The position numbers and the translations under genes were made by a program. From a virus (taxonomy: Duplodnaviria > Caudoviricetes), in the IMG/VR virus record IMGVR_UViG_3300028805_000086, positions 1-64,000 of that record: a stretch of 64,000 bases of DNA. The stretch is one strand, 5' to 3'. Position 1 is the first letter of the stretch. Each line of letters starts with the position of its first letter. Of the stretch, positions 38,422-47,984 are shown in pieces. The notes beneath the pieces were generated by a model. That model saw only the letters and a list, made by a program, of their open reading frames with translations, was not told where the DNA came from and did no database searches.

Positions 38422-39927
38422 ATGGAAGAACAGATTTATAGGTTTTTGTGGGAGCGTATAGGCAATCCCATAGGGGTATGCGCGTTAATGGGAAATCTTT
38501 ATGTAGAAAGTCATTTGAATCCCGGATTGTTAGAAGATAGCAAAGCTAAAAAAATGGGAATTACTTCTGAAGAATATGCACGAAAGATTGATTCAGGAGA
38601 AATTGATTGTGAAAAATTCAGTCATGATGGTGCCGGATATGGTCTTGGACAATGGACATACTGGAGTCGTAAAAAGGGATTGTACGAGTATGCCAAGAAA
38701 ACAGGAAGATCGATTAAAGATTTAAATATGCAGCTTGAATATCTTTGGAATGAAATCCAGACGTATAAAACAGTTGTAAAAGCCATGCTTTCCGCTACAA
38801 ATCTTAGAGAAGTTTCTGATGTTATTGCTTTGAAATATGAAAAACCGGCTCATACTGAAGAGAAATATCTTCAGAACAGGGCAAACTATGGACAAAAGTA
38901 TTATGAAAAATATGGAATCAAAATGGAAGAGAAGGAGGTCAAGATGACTATGTATTCTGCTAATTATGTCGATCAACAGATCGAGGTCATTAAGAACAAA
39001 GGTATTCCACTTTCTGACAAAGCTTGGGAATTGGCTAAACTATGTCTTGAATGGGCATATGTGTTTGGTGCATATGGTGAATATTGTGATCCATCCAACC
39101 GTAGAAGTAGGGCTCGTGATGATCATCCTACAATTAAGTCCAGGTGTAAGAATTTTAACGGACGGGATACCGTTCCTTCCGGATGTATGGGTTGTAAGTG
39201 GTTCCTTGGAAGTGCTAGTTCCGATGAATCAAAGCATGAAGGACGTACAAGATTCTTCGATTGCCGAGGATTTGTGTATTATGTGCTACATAAAATGTTT
39301 GGGTTCTGGAGTAAATGTCCTGCAGGAGCGACTTCGATGTGGAATACTGACAGCAATTGGGAATCTAAAGGCTTGATCAAAGATGGTGTTCCTAATGATA
39401 CATTGGTGTGTCTGTTCTATCAGAGTAAATCTGATCCACGAAAAATGGAGCATATCGGGTTTGGCTATAAAGGTGAAACTATTGAATGCTCAAATGGAGT
39501 CGAATACCACAGCACTTATAATAAGAAGTGGACGCATTGGGCTGTTCCGAAGTGCGTAGTTGGATCGGGTGAAACTATTCCTATGCCAGCACCTGCTGAC
39601 GACATGCCAACTGGTTTCCCGACACTTAGACAGGGAGCAAAAGGCGATATCGTTAAAACTATGCAGAAAATGCTTTCCGATAGTGGTAGTACATTGACTA
39701 TTGACGGAATCTTTGGAAGCGGAACAGCCAGCGCTGTAAGAGCTTTCCAGAAGAAATACGGTTTGTCTATCGATGGCATCGTTGGACCTAAGACCTGGGC
39801 AAAATTGATTGAGGTTTCAAAAACAGTAATCGACAAAGGTCTTTATACGGTGACTTTGGTTCATGTTCCTTCAAAAGAAGCCGATGAACTAGTTAAAAAG
39901 TATGGCGGTCAAGCCACTGCTGAATAA
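38422..39927 (+). CDS. Endolysin: phage-tail-lysozyme + NlpC/P60(CHAP)-like + peptidoglycan-binding domain
   Basis: ALMGNLYVES...GYGLGQWT; FDCRGFV...HIG; LRQGAKGDIVKTMQ...DGIFGSGT...FQKKYGLSIDGIVG. Possible internal start at 38944. Confidence 0.9.
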   Translation: MEEQIYRFLWERIGNPIGVCALMGNLYVESHLNPGLLEDSKAKKMGITSEEYARKIDSGEIDCEKFSHDGAGYGLGQWTYWSRKKGLYEYAKKTGRSIKDLNMQLEYLWNEIQTYKTVVKAMLSATNLREVSDVIALKYEKPAHTEEKYLQNRANYGQKYYEKYGIKMEEKEVKMTMYSANYVDQQIEVIKNKGIPLSDKAWELAKLCLEWAYVFGAYGEYCDPSNRRSRARDDHPTIKSRCKNFNGRDTVPSGCMGCKWFLGSASSDESKHEGRTRFFDCRGFVYYVLHKMFGFWSKCPAGATSMWNTDSNWESKGLIKDGVPNDTLVCLFYQSKSDPRKMEHIGFGYKGETIECSNGVEYHSTYNKKWTHWAVPKCVVGSGETIPMPAPADDMPTGFPTLRQGAKGDIVKTMQKMLSDSGSTLTIDGIFGSGTASAVRAFQKKYGLSIDGIVGPKTWAKLIEVSKTVIDKGLYTVTLVHVPSKEADELVKKYGGQATAE

Positions 39928-40007
39928 ATAAGTTATCCAGTCAGCGAGCGCCCGACCGCATCCGATTAATTTAAACTTAGTTAGGGTTTATCGGGCTTTA
40001 ACCTACT

Positions 40008-40052
40008 AATGGGAGATCAGGCGGTTTGCTCCTTTCAGCCTGGTCTCCCATT
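40008..40052 (+). ncRNA. Hairpin with anti-SD-like CTCCTTTC loop (may also act as terminator)
   Basis: aatgggagatcaggc/gcctggtctcccatt; loop ggtttgctcctttca. Confidence 0.55.
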
Positions 40053-40108
40053 TTTACATATATGGTTCCACAAAGGAGACAGAAATAAAAAGGAAGGGGT
40101 TGTAGCTT

Positions 40109-40381
40109 ATGCAACTAAATTGGAAAGTCCGGTTCAAGAACAAAGTATGGTTGACCAGTTTCCTATCTCTCATTGTTGGATTCGTGTTTAGTATGCTGTC
40201 TCTCTTTGACGTTTTTCCAAAGGTTACAGAAAATCAGGTTCTCAATATCGTAAATCAAATTCTGACATTCCTTGGTCTCATTGGTGTGGTAGTAGACCCG
40301 ACAACATCTGGTCTTAATGATAGTAATAGAGCTATGCAGTATCAAGAGCCATGGGTTGATGAACCTCCAGAAAAGGAGTGA
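40109..40381 (+). CDS. Holin (phi LC3 family-like)
   Basis: NWKVRFKNKVW...GVVVDPTTSGLNDSNRAMQYQEP; two transmembrane segments. Confidence 0.9.
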   Translation: MQLNWKVRFKNKVWLTSFLSLIVGFVFSMLSLFDVFPKVTENQVLNIVNQILTFLGLIGVVVDPTTSGLNDSNRAMQYQEPWVDEPPEKE

Positions 40382-40387
40382 TATTAA

Positions 40388-40741
40388 ATGGACGGCCTCG
40401 ATGATAAAATACTGCTTATTATTAGTGCAGTATTTGCATCATCCGGTCTTTGGGCATTTCTCGGAAACAGATTTAGTAATAAGAATGCTAAAAGTCGGAT
40501 GATTCTCGGACTCGGCCACGATAGATTGATGTTTTTATGCTCTAAATACATTGACCGTGGTTGGATTACAGATGACGAATATGAGGATTTATACAAGTAC
40601 CTATACAAACCATATAAAGACATGGGTGGTAATGGTATAGTAGAGAGGATGATGCATGATATTCAACAGCTTCCGATCCGGCATATAAGTTATCGTGGTG
40701 AAAAGAAACATTTTTGGAATAGGCGCCAACGAAAAAGATAA
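40388..40741 (+). CDS. Lysis-module membrane protein
   Basis: N-terminal TM; LGLGHDR...YKPYKDMGGNG...LPI. Confidence 0.7.
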   Translation: MDGLDDKILLIISAVFASSGLWAFLGNRFSNKNAKSRMILGLGHDRLMFLCSKYIDRGWITDDEYEDLYKYLYKPYKDMGGNGIVERMMHDIQQLPIRHISYRGEKKHFWNRRQRKR

Positions 40742-40829
40742 ACAAAGGAGTTGATTATCCATGACCTAAAAATAGGCCACTGGTAAAATCCTATTCCTGG
40801 GCTCTCTTAAATAGGGAGCCCCTTTATAA

Positions 40830-40948
40830 GCCAGTGAAAGATAGATACAATTCAGGAACTTCCTTCCACCATATCACCTCCTTTTTATATAAAACCATTA
40901 ACTGTATTTATCTTGGTTCGTCTTCAGGTTCGATTCCTGACACTGGTA
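40830..40948 (+). ncRNA. tRNA-like RNA with an anti-SD insert
   Basis: Acceptor gccagtg/cactggt; T-arm tcagg-TTCGATT-cctga; long stem aagatagataca/tgtatttatctt enclosing ATCACCTCCTTT (40873-40884). Confidence 0.6.
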
Positions 40949-41026
40949 TGAAAAGCAAAGGGACACGTCATGGCGCGGAGCGTGTTCCTTTCTTTTCATT
41001 ATTTTTTTTCTGAAAGGAGAAAACAT

Positions 41027-41272
41027 ATGTTCTATTTGTTTACCAAATTCCCTATAAAGATTAAGGATCAAGGAAAACGAGTTGGCGAAATCTCAAAAAT
41101 GCTTTCAAAGCATGGATCTAAGATTAAATATACTGAAATATACACGATTGGACTTCAAAGTGCAGTGATTAGTTTTCAAAAGAAGCACGGCCTTGAACCA
41201 ACAGGTGTAGTCGACAAAACTACTTGGAAAGCCCTTCATAAGAAAATCAAAATGGAAGTAAAAATCGCATAG
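41027..41272 (+). CDS. Peptidoglycan-binding-domain protein
   Basis: AVISFQKKHGLEPTGVVDKTTWKAL. Confidence 0.75.
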   Translation: MFYLFTKFPIKIKDQGKRVGEISKMLSKHGSKIKYTEIYTIGLQSAVISFQKKHGLEPTGVVDKTTWKALHKKIKMEVKIA

Positions 41273-41305
41273 GAAACACCTTCTTTAATGAAGGAGGTGT
41301 CTATT

Positions 41306-41491
41306 ATGACATTAGAGAGAGCAATCGAGTTGTTGAAGATTGAACAGGCTTGTGTTGAGCGCAATACTAAAGGATGTGATAGGAATTGCGCAAAATGTGA
41401 TCTTGTTCAAAAAGATTGGGAATTGCTAGACATGTATCAATATGTCATAGACAAAATATCTGGTGATATTTATAAGGCCGTCGTTCGGTGA
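41306..41491 (+). CDS. Small Cys-containing hypothetical protein
   Basis: CDRNCAKCDL; after motif 41265. Confidence 0.7.
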   Translation: MTLERAIELLKIEQACVERNTKGCDRNCAKCDLVQKDWELLDMYQYVIDKISGDIYKAVVR

Positions 41492-41570
41492 ACACGGCTT
41501 TATTTTTTTCTCGCATGATCAACATGTTTATTAATGGAAGGAACTATATAAAAAAAAGGAGGTTTTATCT

Positions 41571-41702
41571 ATGTTTACAACAATTATGATTACGACATTT
41601 ACTGTTATAGGAATTGCCACTACATACAAGAAAGTGGTAGACAAAACGACAAAAATGGCGAATGCATATTTAAAGTATAGAAAAGAAAATTCTGATAAAT
41701 AA
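41571..41702 (+). CDS. 43-aa membrane peptide
   Basis: aggagg RBS; MFTTIMITTFTVIGIATT... Confidence 0.6.
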   Translation: MFTTIMITTFTVIGIATTYKKVVDKTTKMANAYLKYRKENSDK

Positions 41703-41787
41703 TCCTTCCAAAAGAGAGTCAAACATAGACTCTCTTTTTTGCCTCGCACGATCAACATGGCTATTAATGAAAGGAAGGTGTTAAAAA

Positions 41788-41949
41788 ATGAAGATGGAAA
41801 AAATAATTAAAAGAATGAAGAAAGAGTTAGAAAGAAGAGAAAGGAAGACTAAAAAACTGGAAAACCAACTGGATTCACTTCTGGCTGAAGCTATGAGAAT
41901 TACAGAATACGGCTTTAAGGAAGAAAAAAAGGAGGTTACTAAAGTGTAA
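41788..41949 (+). CDS. 53-aa coiled-coil peptide
   Basis: aggaagg RBS; MKMEKIIKRMKKELERRE... Confidence 0.6.
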   Translation: MKMEKIIKRMKKELERRERKTKKLENQLDSLLAEAMRITEYGFKEEKKEVTKV

Positions 41950-42050
41950 AGGGCTTTGCCCTTTCTCTTTTTCTCAAACATGGACTATATTTTTTCGCAT
42001 ATGAAACATGTTTATTAATGGAACCTATAAAATATAAGGAGGTATCTTTT

Positions 42051-42200
42051 ATGTTCACAAAGTTTTGCAGTGTTGTAGGTGCAATAGTGGTAGGAGCTAT
42101 TGGTGGAATACTGTTAGTAGGAGTTATGGACAAAGTAGAGATGGTGTACCTTAAGTTTACAGGTGAAAAGAAGAAAAATGTAAAATTAGAAGAAAAATAA
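42051..42200 (+). CDS. Small membrane protein
   Basis: aggagg RBS; hydrophobic N-terminus. Confidence 0.65.
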   Translation: MFTKFCSVVGAIVVGAIGGILLVGVMDKVEMVYLKFTGEKKKNVKLEEK

Positions 42201-42307
42201 ATGATAAAAAGCAGGCAAAACATGTCCTGCTTTTTTTTCGCATGCCGAACATTTGTATTAATGGAAGATCTTATGATCTTACTAAAAACATTAAAGGAGA
42301 AATAAAC

Positions 42308-42754
42308 ATGAAAGAATTATTAGTAAGACCGATATTCAAGACTCATGGGTTTGAGTCTGGCAAGGAGATTACGGAAGAAGAATTTGAGAATCTTAAAGAA
42401 GAGTTTATTTCTATGCATAATTGTTTTGCTCGTTTAACTAATCCATTGATGGATAAAATTAATGAATCATGGGCGAATTATGAAGAGATTGAGGAGATGT
42501 CGAAGATAATAAATGTTTCATCATCGCTCGATCAGATACGTAAGGCTATGGAAATTAATGATAATACAAGATATTGTGATTGGGTAAAAAAGTGGTATGA
42601 CGAGGTATGTAAGGAAATGGAACGGCTTCCGGATATAAAGAAGTTAAATATTAGACCGTATATCTTTATTGAAGATGAGAATCCAATTCTTGGAGCTCGG
42701 TTGAAGCAAAATGAAAATTGGTGGTTTGAAATGTTTTTAAAAATGATCGAATAA
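42308..42754 (+). CDS. Hypothetical protein
   Basis: aaggag RBS; cassette gene. Confidence 0.7.
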   Translation: MKELLVRPIFKTHGFESGKEITEEEFENLKEEFISMHNCFARLTNPLMDKINESWANYEEIEEMSKIINVSSSLDQIRKAMEINDNTRYCDWVKKWYDEVCKEMERLPDIKKLNIRPYIFIEDENPILGARLKQNENWWFEMFLKMIE

Positions 42755-42831
42755 GAAAATGGCGGTTGAAACATACCGCCAATATTTTTCGCATATGAAA
42801 CACTTTATATAATGAAAGGAGGGCAAATAAT

Positions 42832-43221
42832 ATGCCAGAGAAAAAGACGTTTAAAGATTTTATTAAAGGATGGAAGGACAAGGAATCTATCAAAGACAAA
42901 ATCAAAAGAGGTTTTCGTAAAGGAAAAGAAAAACTGGTTAACACTGTAAAGTGGATCAAAGAGAATCCGCAAGAAGCTGCGATTTACGCTTCTATGATTG
43001 CCGGTCTAACTGGCGTTTTAAAGAAAGGCCTTAGGCATGTGAATCTGAAGCAGGAGCAGCGTATGAAAGATCGGTATATCTATGATTTTAGCAATAGGTG
43101 TTATCTTGAGACAAGAAGAAAACTGAATAGGAATGATGTAGTAAGTATTAATAGGCTTCGTCGCGAACATCCAGGAATGAAGATGAGTGAAGCTCTGGAA
43201 TACTTAAATTTGCTCAAGTAA
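42832..43221 (+). CDS. Hypothetical basic protein
   Basis: aggagg RBS; cassette gene. Confidence 0.7.
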   Translation: MPEKKTFKDFIKGWKDKESIKDKIKRGFRKGKEKLVNTVKWIKENPQEAAIYASMIAGLTGVLKKGLRHVNLKQEQRMKDRYIYDFSNRCYLETRRKLNRNDVVSINRLRREHPGMKMSEALEYLNLLK

Positions 43222-43332
43222 CAAATAAAGCGGTTGAAACATACCGCTTTAATTTTTTGAAAATAGGTCCAAATGACTGGATAAATGTGGTGAATTATCA
43301 TTATTGACCCGCGTAAGAAACACGGTTATTAA

Positions 43333-43424
43333 TGGAATAAGAACCAAAGAAAGGTTATGTAATGATAGACCCGCGTCTATCGATAATTGCAAGTGCGGAC
43401 TTGCGACATATCCTTTCTTTTTTT
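43333..43424 (+). ncRNA. Putative small structured RNA 1
   Basis: After motif 43309. Closing stem gaaaggttatgt/acatatcctttc encloses hairpins gatagac/gtctatc and gcaagt/acttgc; T-tract follows; no convincing ORF. Confidence 0.6.
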
Positions 43425-43470
43425 CAAAATGGAAGTAAAAATAACCTCGCACCATTAACATGTTTATTAA

Positions 43471-43665
43471 TGGAAGAAGTAAGGATAAACCTTGAAGCGG
43501 TCGTATACAGGAATGTATGAATCCGCGCGAAGAAAGTGGATAAATCAAGGAGGTGTCGTATGCAGACATGCATGAATCACTAGCTTCTAAGTAAAAAGGA
43601 GATCTGAAATGATCTAAGGAGAGTTAATAGCTATAACTCGAAAGCAACACGCCCTTTTTATTTTT
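43471..43665 (+). ncRNA. Putative small structured RNA 2
   Basis: After motif 43447. Two copies of a tcgtatRcagRNatgYatgaatc hairpin; several (A)GGA motifs; only very short ORFs. Confidence 0.5.
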
Positions 43666-43688
43666 TCGCATATGAAACATATTATATA

Positions 43689-43871
43689 ATGAAGGAAAGA
43701 TTATTCAACCTTAAGACACCAAAGTGTGGGATAGACGATTGAGATCTATTTGGATTTTAAATCCCCTGAATAATCATAAGTGCTTGCGGAGGCAGCCTTC
43801 ATTGGCTATGTTACGACTAAGTGTCGTTGGTAAGCTTAAGCATGCAGCTTAGCACATGGATTATATTTTTT
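43689..43871 (+). ncRNA. Putative small structured RNA 3
   Basis: After motif 43666. atgaagg/ccttcat and gattattca/tgaataatc close a multi-hairpin domain; no convincing ORF. Confidence 0.55.
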
Positions 43872-43926
43872 TCGCATGATCAACATGGATATTAATGGAG
43901 TAGAAATATGAAAGGAGAGAACAATT

Positions 43927-44133
43927 ATGTTTTTAATTATATTTTGGAGTATAATAGGGATCATAACATTATACGGCTACGTTATTGTAGCAAAAGAATG
44001 CGTATGGGAATTATATACTGATCAGCATATGTTTGAGAACAATAAAGTGCTGAAAGTAATAATGAGCGTAACGTGGCTTGTTACATTCTGGCCGTTTATG
44101 TATGTAATTATTTATAGAGAAATTAAAAAGTGA
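43927..44133 (+). CDS. Small two-TM membrane protein
   Basis: Two hydrophobic segments; RBS aaggag. Confidence 0.7.
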   Translation: MFLIIFWSIIGIITLYGYVIVAKECVWELYTDQHMFENNKVLKVIMSVTWLVTFWPFMYVIIYREIKK

Positions 44134-44159
44134 TTTTAATCAAATATTAAATAATCTAC

Positions 44160-44214
44160 TCCGGAAATAAATCCGGGTAAGGACGAATTAAAAACTCGGA
44201 TTTATTTTTTTCGC
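44160..44214 (+). repeat. ~50-bp duplicated hairpin/spacer, second copy at 49811
   Basis: tccggaaataaatccgggtaaggacgaattaaaaactcggatttattttt identical at both sites. Confidence 0.9.
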
Positions 44215-44263
44215 GTATCGAACATATTTATTAATGGAACTAAAAATGAAAGGGGATAACAAT

Positions 44264-44488
44264 ATGAATGACATGATTGAGCTTCTTGAAACATTGAACG
44301 AAGGATGTGATGTGCTTAGTAAAGCACGTGATCAATATGATAAAATTAAGGATAATTTGATTTTTACAACTGAAGATGGTAAAAAATTTTTAGATCTTTT
44401 GGGATCAATGATCAAAAATACTAATCTAGGGACATTACAGTTCGGAATTATGATGCTAAAGTATCAATTATACAATAAAAATAAATAA
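44264..44488 (+). CDS. Hypothetical protein
   Basis: Cassette gene with RBS. Confidence 0.65.
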   Translation: MNDMIELLETLNEGCDVLSKARDQYDKIKDNLIFTTEDGKKFLDLLGSMIKNTNLGTLQFGIMMLKYQLYNKNK

Positions 44489-44595
44489 TTTTGGTTCCAT
44501 AAAAGCGTACACAAAACGTGTTACGCTTTTTTTTCGCATGATCAACATGGATATTAATGGATAGAATCCAAATAAAATAGAAAGGATGAGGAAAA

Positions 44596-44886
44596 ATGAC
44601 AGCAAAAGAGTATCTTGACAAACTTGATAAAATTGAAGAAAAGAGGTGCAAAAAATTAGCTCTCGATGGGTACAAGTGGTTCTATATTGGGTATATGTTT
44701 GGAAGCGGATATATCCATGATGAAACAAACAACCAAGAAGCTAAAGAAATGGCAAATGAAATTTTAAAGACGTATAAGGATAATCTTGATGTTATTATGA
44801 AAGAATGGATTCTGCCAATAACAAATGAAGAAAATGAGGCAAAAGTTCTAAAATTATGCGAAATTATTCAAAATCTGAAAGTATAA
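44596..44886 (+). CDS. Hypothetical protein
   Basis: Cassette gene with RBS. Confidence 0.7.
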   Translation: MTAKEYLDKLDKIEEKRCKKLALDGYKWFYIGYMFGSGYIHDETNNQEAKEMANEILKTYKDNLDVIMKEWILPITNEENEAKVLKLCEIIQNLKV

Positions 44887-44969
44887 AATATTAATCGTAT
44901 AAAGGGCATTTTGCCCTTTTTTTTTTCGCGTATGAAACACTTTATATAATGAAGGAGGTGGCTTGTATA

Positions 44970-45272
44970 ATGAAAGCTACGGAAGTTGTAAGAAAAGCTA
45001 TATTTGGAATGTATTCGATAGAAGAATTAAAAGAACAGCAAAGGACAATATTCCTTAAGGATATCGATGAACAGTATAGTGACTTTGTAATAGACCACAT
45101 ATTTACAGATAAAGGCGATGGCGTGTTCTATTTCATAGTAGGACTATATGTTATAGATAAAGGGCATTTTGTTCCTTTGTACATTGGAACAAATATTGGG
45201 TATACTTCTAAAGAGCTCGTAAATGAAGCAGCTCGAGTTATAAAAGAAGTCATGAAAAGTTTCAAAAAATAA
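44970..45272 (+). CDS. Hypothetical protein
   Basis: aggaggtg RBS. Confidence 0.7.
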   Translation: MKATEVVRKAIFGMYSIEELKEQQRTIFLKDIDEQYSDFVIDHIFTDKGDGVFYFIVGLYVIDKGHFVPLYIGTNIGYTSKELVNEAARVIKEVMKSFKK

Positions 45273-45360
45273 AGAAAATGCCCACAAAACGTGGGCTCTT
45301 ATTTTTTTTCGTTTACGAAACATGCCTTCTAATGAAAATAATCATTAGGAGGATTTTAAA

Positions 45361-45618
45361 ATGTATGTGATCATTGAGACTCGTAAACAAAAACGAATGC
45401 CTAACGATGATTTTACCGTGCTGTGGACAATTCCATGTCGTGGTTTTACTAGTAAGGAAACGGCGCAAGATTATTTAAAAGGAAATGAGATTTTTAAGAA
45501 ATTGTTGTCAAATAGTAAACAGCATTGGAAACTATCTGAAAGCAGTAATAATCATTTAGTATTCGTTAATGAGTATGGTAGTATTTTAATGGATTACATG
45601 ATAAAACCTAAGGAGTAA
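45361..45618 (+). CDS. Hypothetical protein
   Basis: aggagg RBS. Confidence 0.7.
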   Translation: MYVIIETRKQKRMPNDDFTVLWTIPCRGFTSKETAQDYLKGNEIFKKLLSNSKQHWKLSESSNNHLVFVNEYGSILMDYMIKPKE

Positions 45619-45738
45619 TTATTATAAATAAGAGCTCCTGAAACAAGGACTCTTATTTTTTTTCATTCAAAATGGAAGTTGTACGAAAGTGTACGGACGT
45701 TTTTAAAACATTCTCCAAAACGAAAGGGGAGTGTTGAC

Positions 45739-46872
45739 ATGGAACTTCAAGATATTTATGATTTATTGGAATCGCACCTTGGCAATGGAATATTAAACCG
45801 CTCAAACGAGAAAATGAAAAGAGTTAAACTTCCGATTCCAAAGGAATATGGTGGCGGATGGGCAACTGGCGATACCACAGAAGATGCTATCCGCAACATG
45901 ATTAATCGTTTAAATCTGAAAATTAAAAAAGAAACGCCGTTATTTTCTGATTATGCTAGCAAATGGTTAGAGATAAAGAAAGGCGAGGAACGATCGGAAT
46001 CAACAATTAAGAACTATGAATTCATACTCGAAACTCGCCTTAAACCATTTTTCGAAAATAAGAAAATTAATGAGATTACAGCCGATGATGTACAGCTATA
46101 TTTTAACAGTATAATAGATCTCAGCAAGAGTATGAGCGTGCAAAGTAAAGCAATACTCAGTGGAATCTTCGAAAGAGCAGATCGTAATGGTCTTGTTGAC
46201 AGAAATATTATGAAATACAAGTATCAGACTAGCTCTAAAACTGGTGAGAAAGTAGTTCTCCAGGATGATGAACTCATAAATGTTATTGATAAGCTCGAAG
46301 ATTTGTTATCGACAGGCGACGTACGAGACTATCTATACTTCTGCTTTTTGTGTTTTACAGCGCTTCGAAGAGGGGAAATTCTGGGTCTTAAATGGGCAGA
46401 TATCGACTTTGATAACGATTTGATTTACGTGAATCGCAATGTTACGTTTCCAAATGGCGAAAATAATTATCGAATTGGCAAGCCTAAAGATGGTAGTTCT
46501 GGCATTGTGCATCTTCAAAGTGGATTAAAAGATCATATTCTCAGTTATAAAGGTTCTTCTAAAGAGTACATCATATATAATAGGAAAGAATTCAAAATGG
46601 AACCAATAACCAGGAGTATGTTTTCTAAAATGTGGTATAGATGCCAGAAAGTTCTGGATCTTAAAGGTGCAACGTCACATAGTTTCAGGGCGTCGTATGC
46701 TACGATGATGAATGCGCATTGTGATCACATTGATCCTAAGGCTTTACAGGGAGCTTTACGACATAAAACGCCAGATTTGGCTATTAAAGTCTATACGAAA
46801 GAGAATCATGATAAAACCAGAGCTGCTGAGAAAGAATATGATGATTGGCTTAAGCGAAATTCCGCACTCTGA
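45739..46872 (+). CDS. int: Tyrosine recombinase/integrase
   Basis: SAM-like core-binding region; catalytic TALRRGEILGLKWADIDF, K (PKD), HSFR, LRH, VY. Confidence 0.95.
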   Translation: MELQDIYDLLESHLGNGILNRSNEKMKRVKLPIPKEYGGGWATGDTTEDAIRNMINRLNLKIKKETPLFSDYASKWLEIKKGEERSESTIKNYEFILETRLKPFFENKKINEITADDVQLYFNSIIDLSKSMSVQSKAILSGIFERADRNGLVDRNIMKYKYQTSSKTGEKVVLQDDELINVIDKLEDLLSTGDVRDYLYFCFLCFTALRRGEILGLKWADIDFDNDLIYVNRNVTFPNGENNYRIGKPKDGSSGIVHLQSGLKDHILSYKGSSKEYIIYNRKEFKMEPITRSMFSKMWYRCQKVLDLKGATSHSFRASYATMMNAHCDHIDPKALQGALRHKTPDLAIKVYTKENHDKTRAAEKEYDDWLKRNSAL

Positions 46873-46905
46873 ACACGCCTCTTAATGAAAGGAGGCGAAT
46901 ACGCC

Positions 46906-47298
46906 ATGTTAGAAAAAGAATTAAAAAAGATTCAGGTAGGTACAGGTAAAAAAATAACCGATGATGAGGTCTATTTGAGAATTGAAGACCAATATTCAAT
47001 TACTGGTGTTTTAAATCTGTGCTGGCTTAATGAAGAAGAAACTGAAAAACTAATAGGCTATTTGCAAGAATCAAAAAGGAGACTGGAAGAAAAAAGAATT
47101 AAATTGAAAGAAATAATTAGTACTACAGATTTTAGCAAAATGTATATAGAATTTGAAAGTAAGTATAATAAGTATCCGGTTACGATGGCTCCTTATGAAG
47201 CATTTGGATGTGCACATAAGGATAATCTAATAGACGATGATACATATTATGCAGCGAGTAAATATTATGGAAAAATGTGGAATTATGTTGGAGACTAA
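46906..47298 (+). CDS. Hypothetical protein
   Basis: aggagg RBS; motif 46862 overlaps the int stop codon. Confidence 0.7.
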   Translation: MLEKELKKIQVGTGKKITDDEVYLRIEDQYSITGVLNLCWLNEEETEKLIGYLQESKRRLEEKRIKLKEIISTTDFSKMYIEFESKYNKYPVTMAPYEAFGCAHKDNLIDDDTYYAASKYYGKMWNYVGD

Positions 47299-47403
47299 TT
47301 TCTTTTGGAAGATCGAACACCGGTCTTCCTTTTTCGCGCAAGAAACACCTCTTATAATGAAGAAACCGTAGGTTTCTAATATTATAATAGGAGGTATCTA
47401 AAA

Positions 47404-47730
47404 ATGGGTACAGTTACGATTGTAGGAGCAATGGTCTATGAAAATGATGGAGGAATGCCTGGAAAAATGATAATCGATACTCTATTCGGAGTATTTAGCA
47501 CCAGAGCGAAAGCTATGGATGTGTGGAATGACAAGTTGGAAACATATGGAATTACCAACGTCAAAGCATACAGTCCGATGAAGAACTGGCTGGTGCCGGG
47601 AGTTACGAATAGGTATTTATATCTTAATTCCTTGGGGCATTCTTGTGAAAAACAGGACGATGCAGATTTTATAGTTGAAATGTACATTAAAGATGTAGAG
47701 ATCGACCACGTATTAGAACCAGGGGAATGA
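47404..47730 (+). CDS. Hypothetical protein
   Basis: aggagg RBS. Confidence 0.7.
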   Translation: MGTVTIVGAMVYENDGGMPGKMIIDTLFGVFSTRAKAMDVWNDKLETYGITNVKAYSPMKNWLVPGVTNRYLYLNSLGHSCEKQDDADFIVEMYIKDVEIDHVLEPGE

Positions 47731-47984
47731 ACAATGGAAAAGAAGGGGACACAAAACGTGTTCTCTTCACTTTTTCAAAAATGCATAATTATACAATTCA
47801 TATGGAACAAAAAATTGGATAATAAGAAAAATGCTGGAATGCTTATATTTCAAAGGAAAGAGGCGATTTAAAGAATTCAAAATGGAATAGAAAATGGAAT
47901 ATTTTAGGATTGTTAAGTGTACGGACGACTATTTCTAGGTAAATGAAAAACCCCGGAAGCCTTGATATTCTTGACTTCCGGGCC

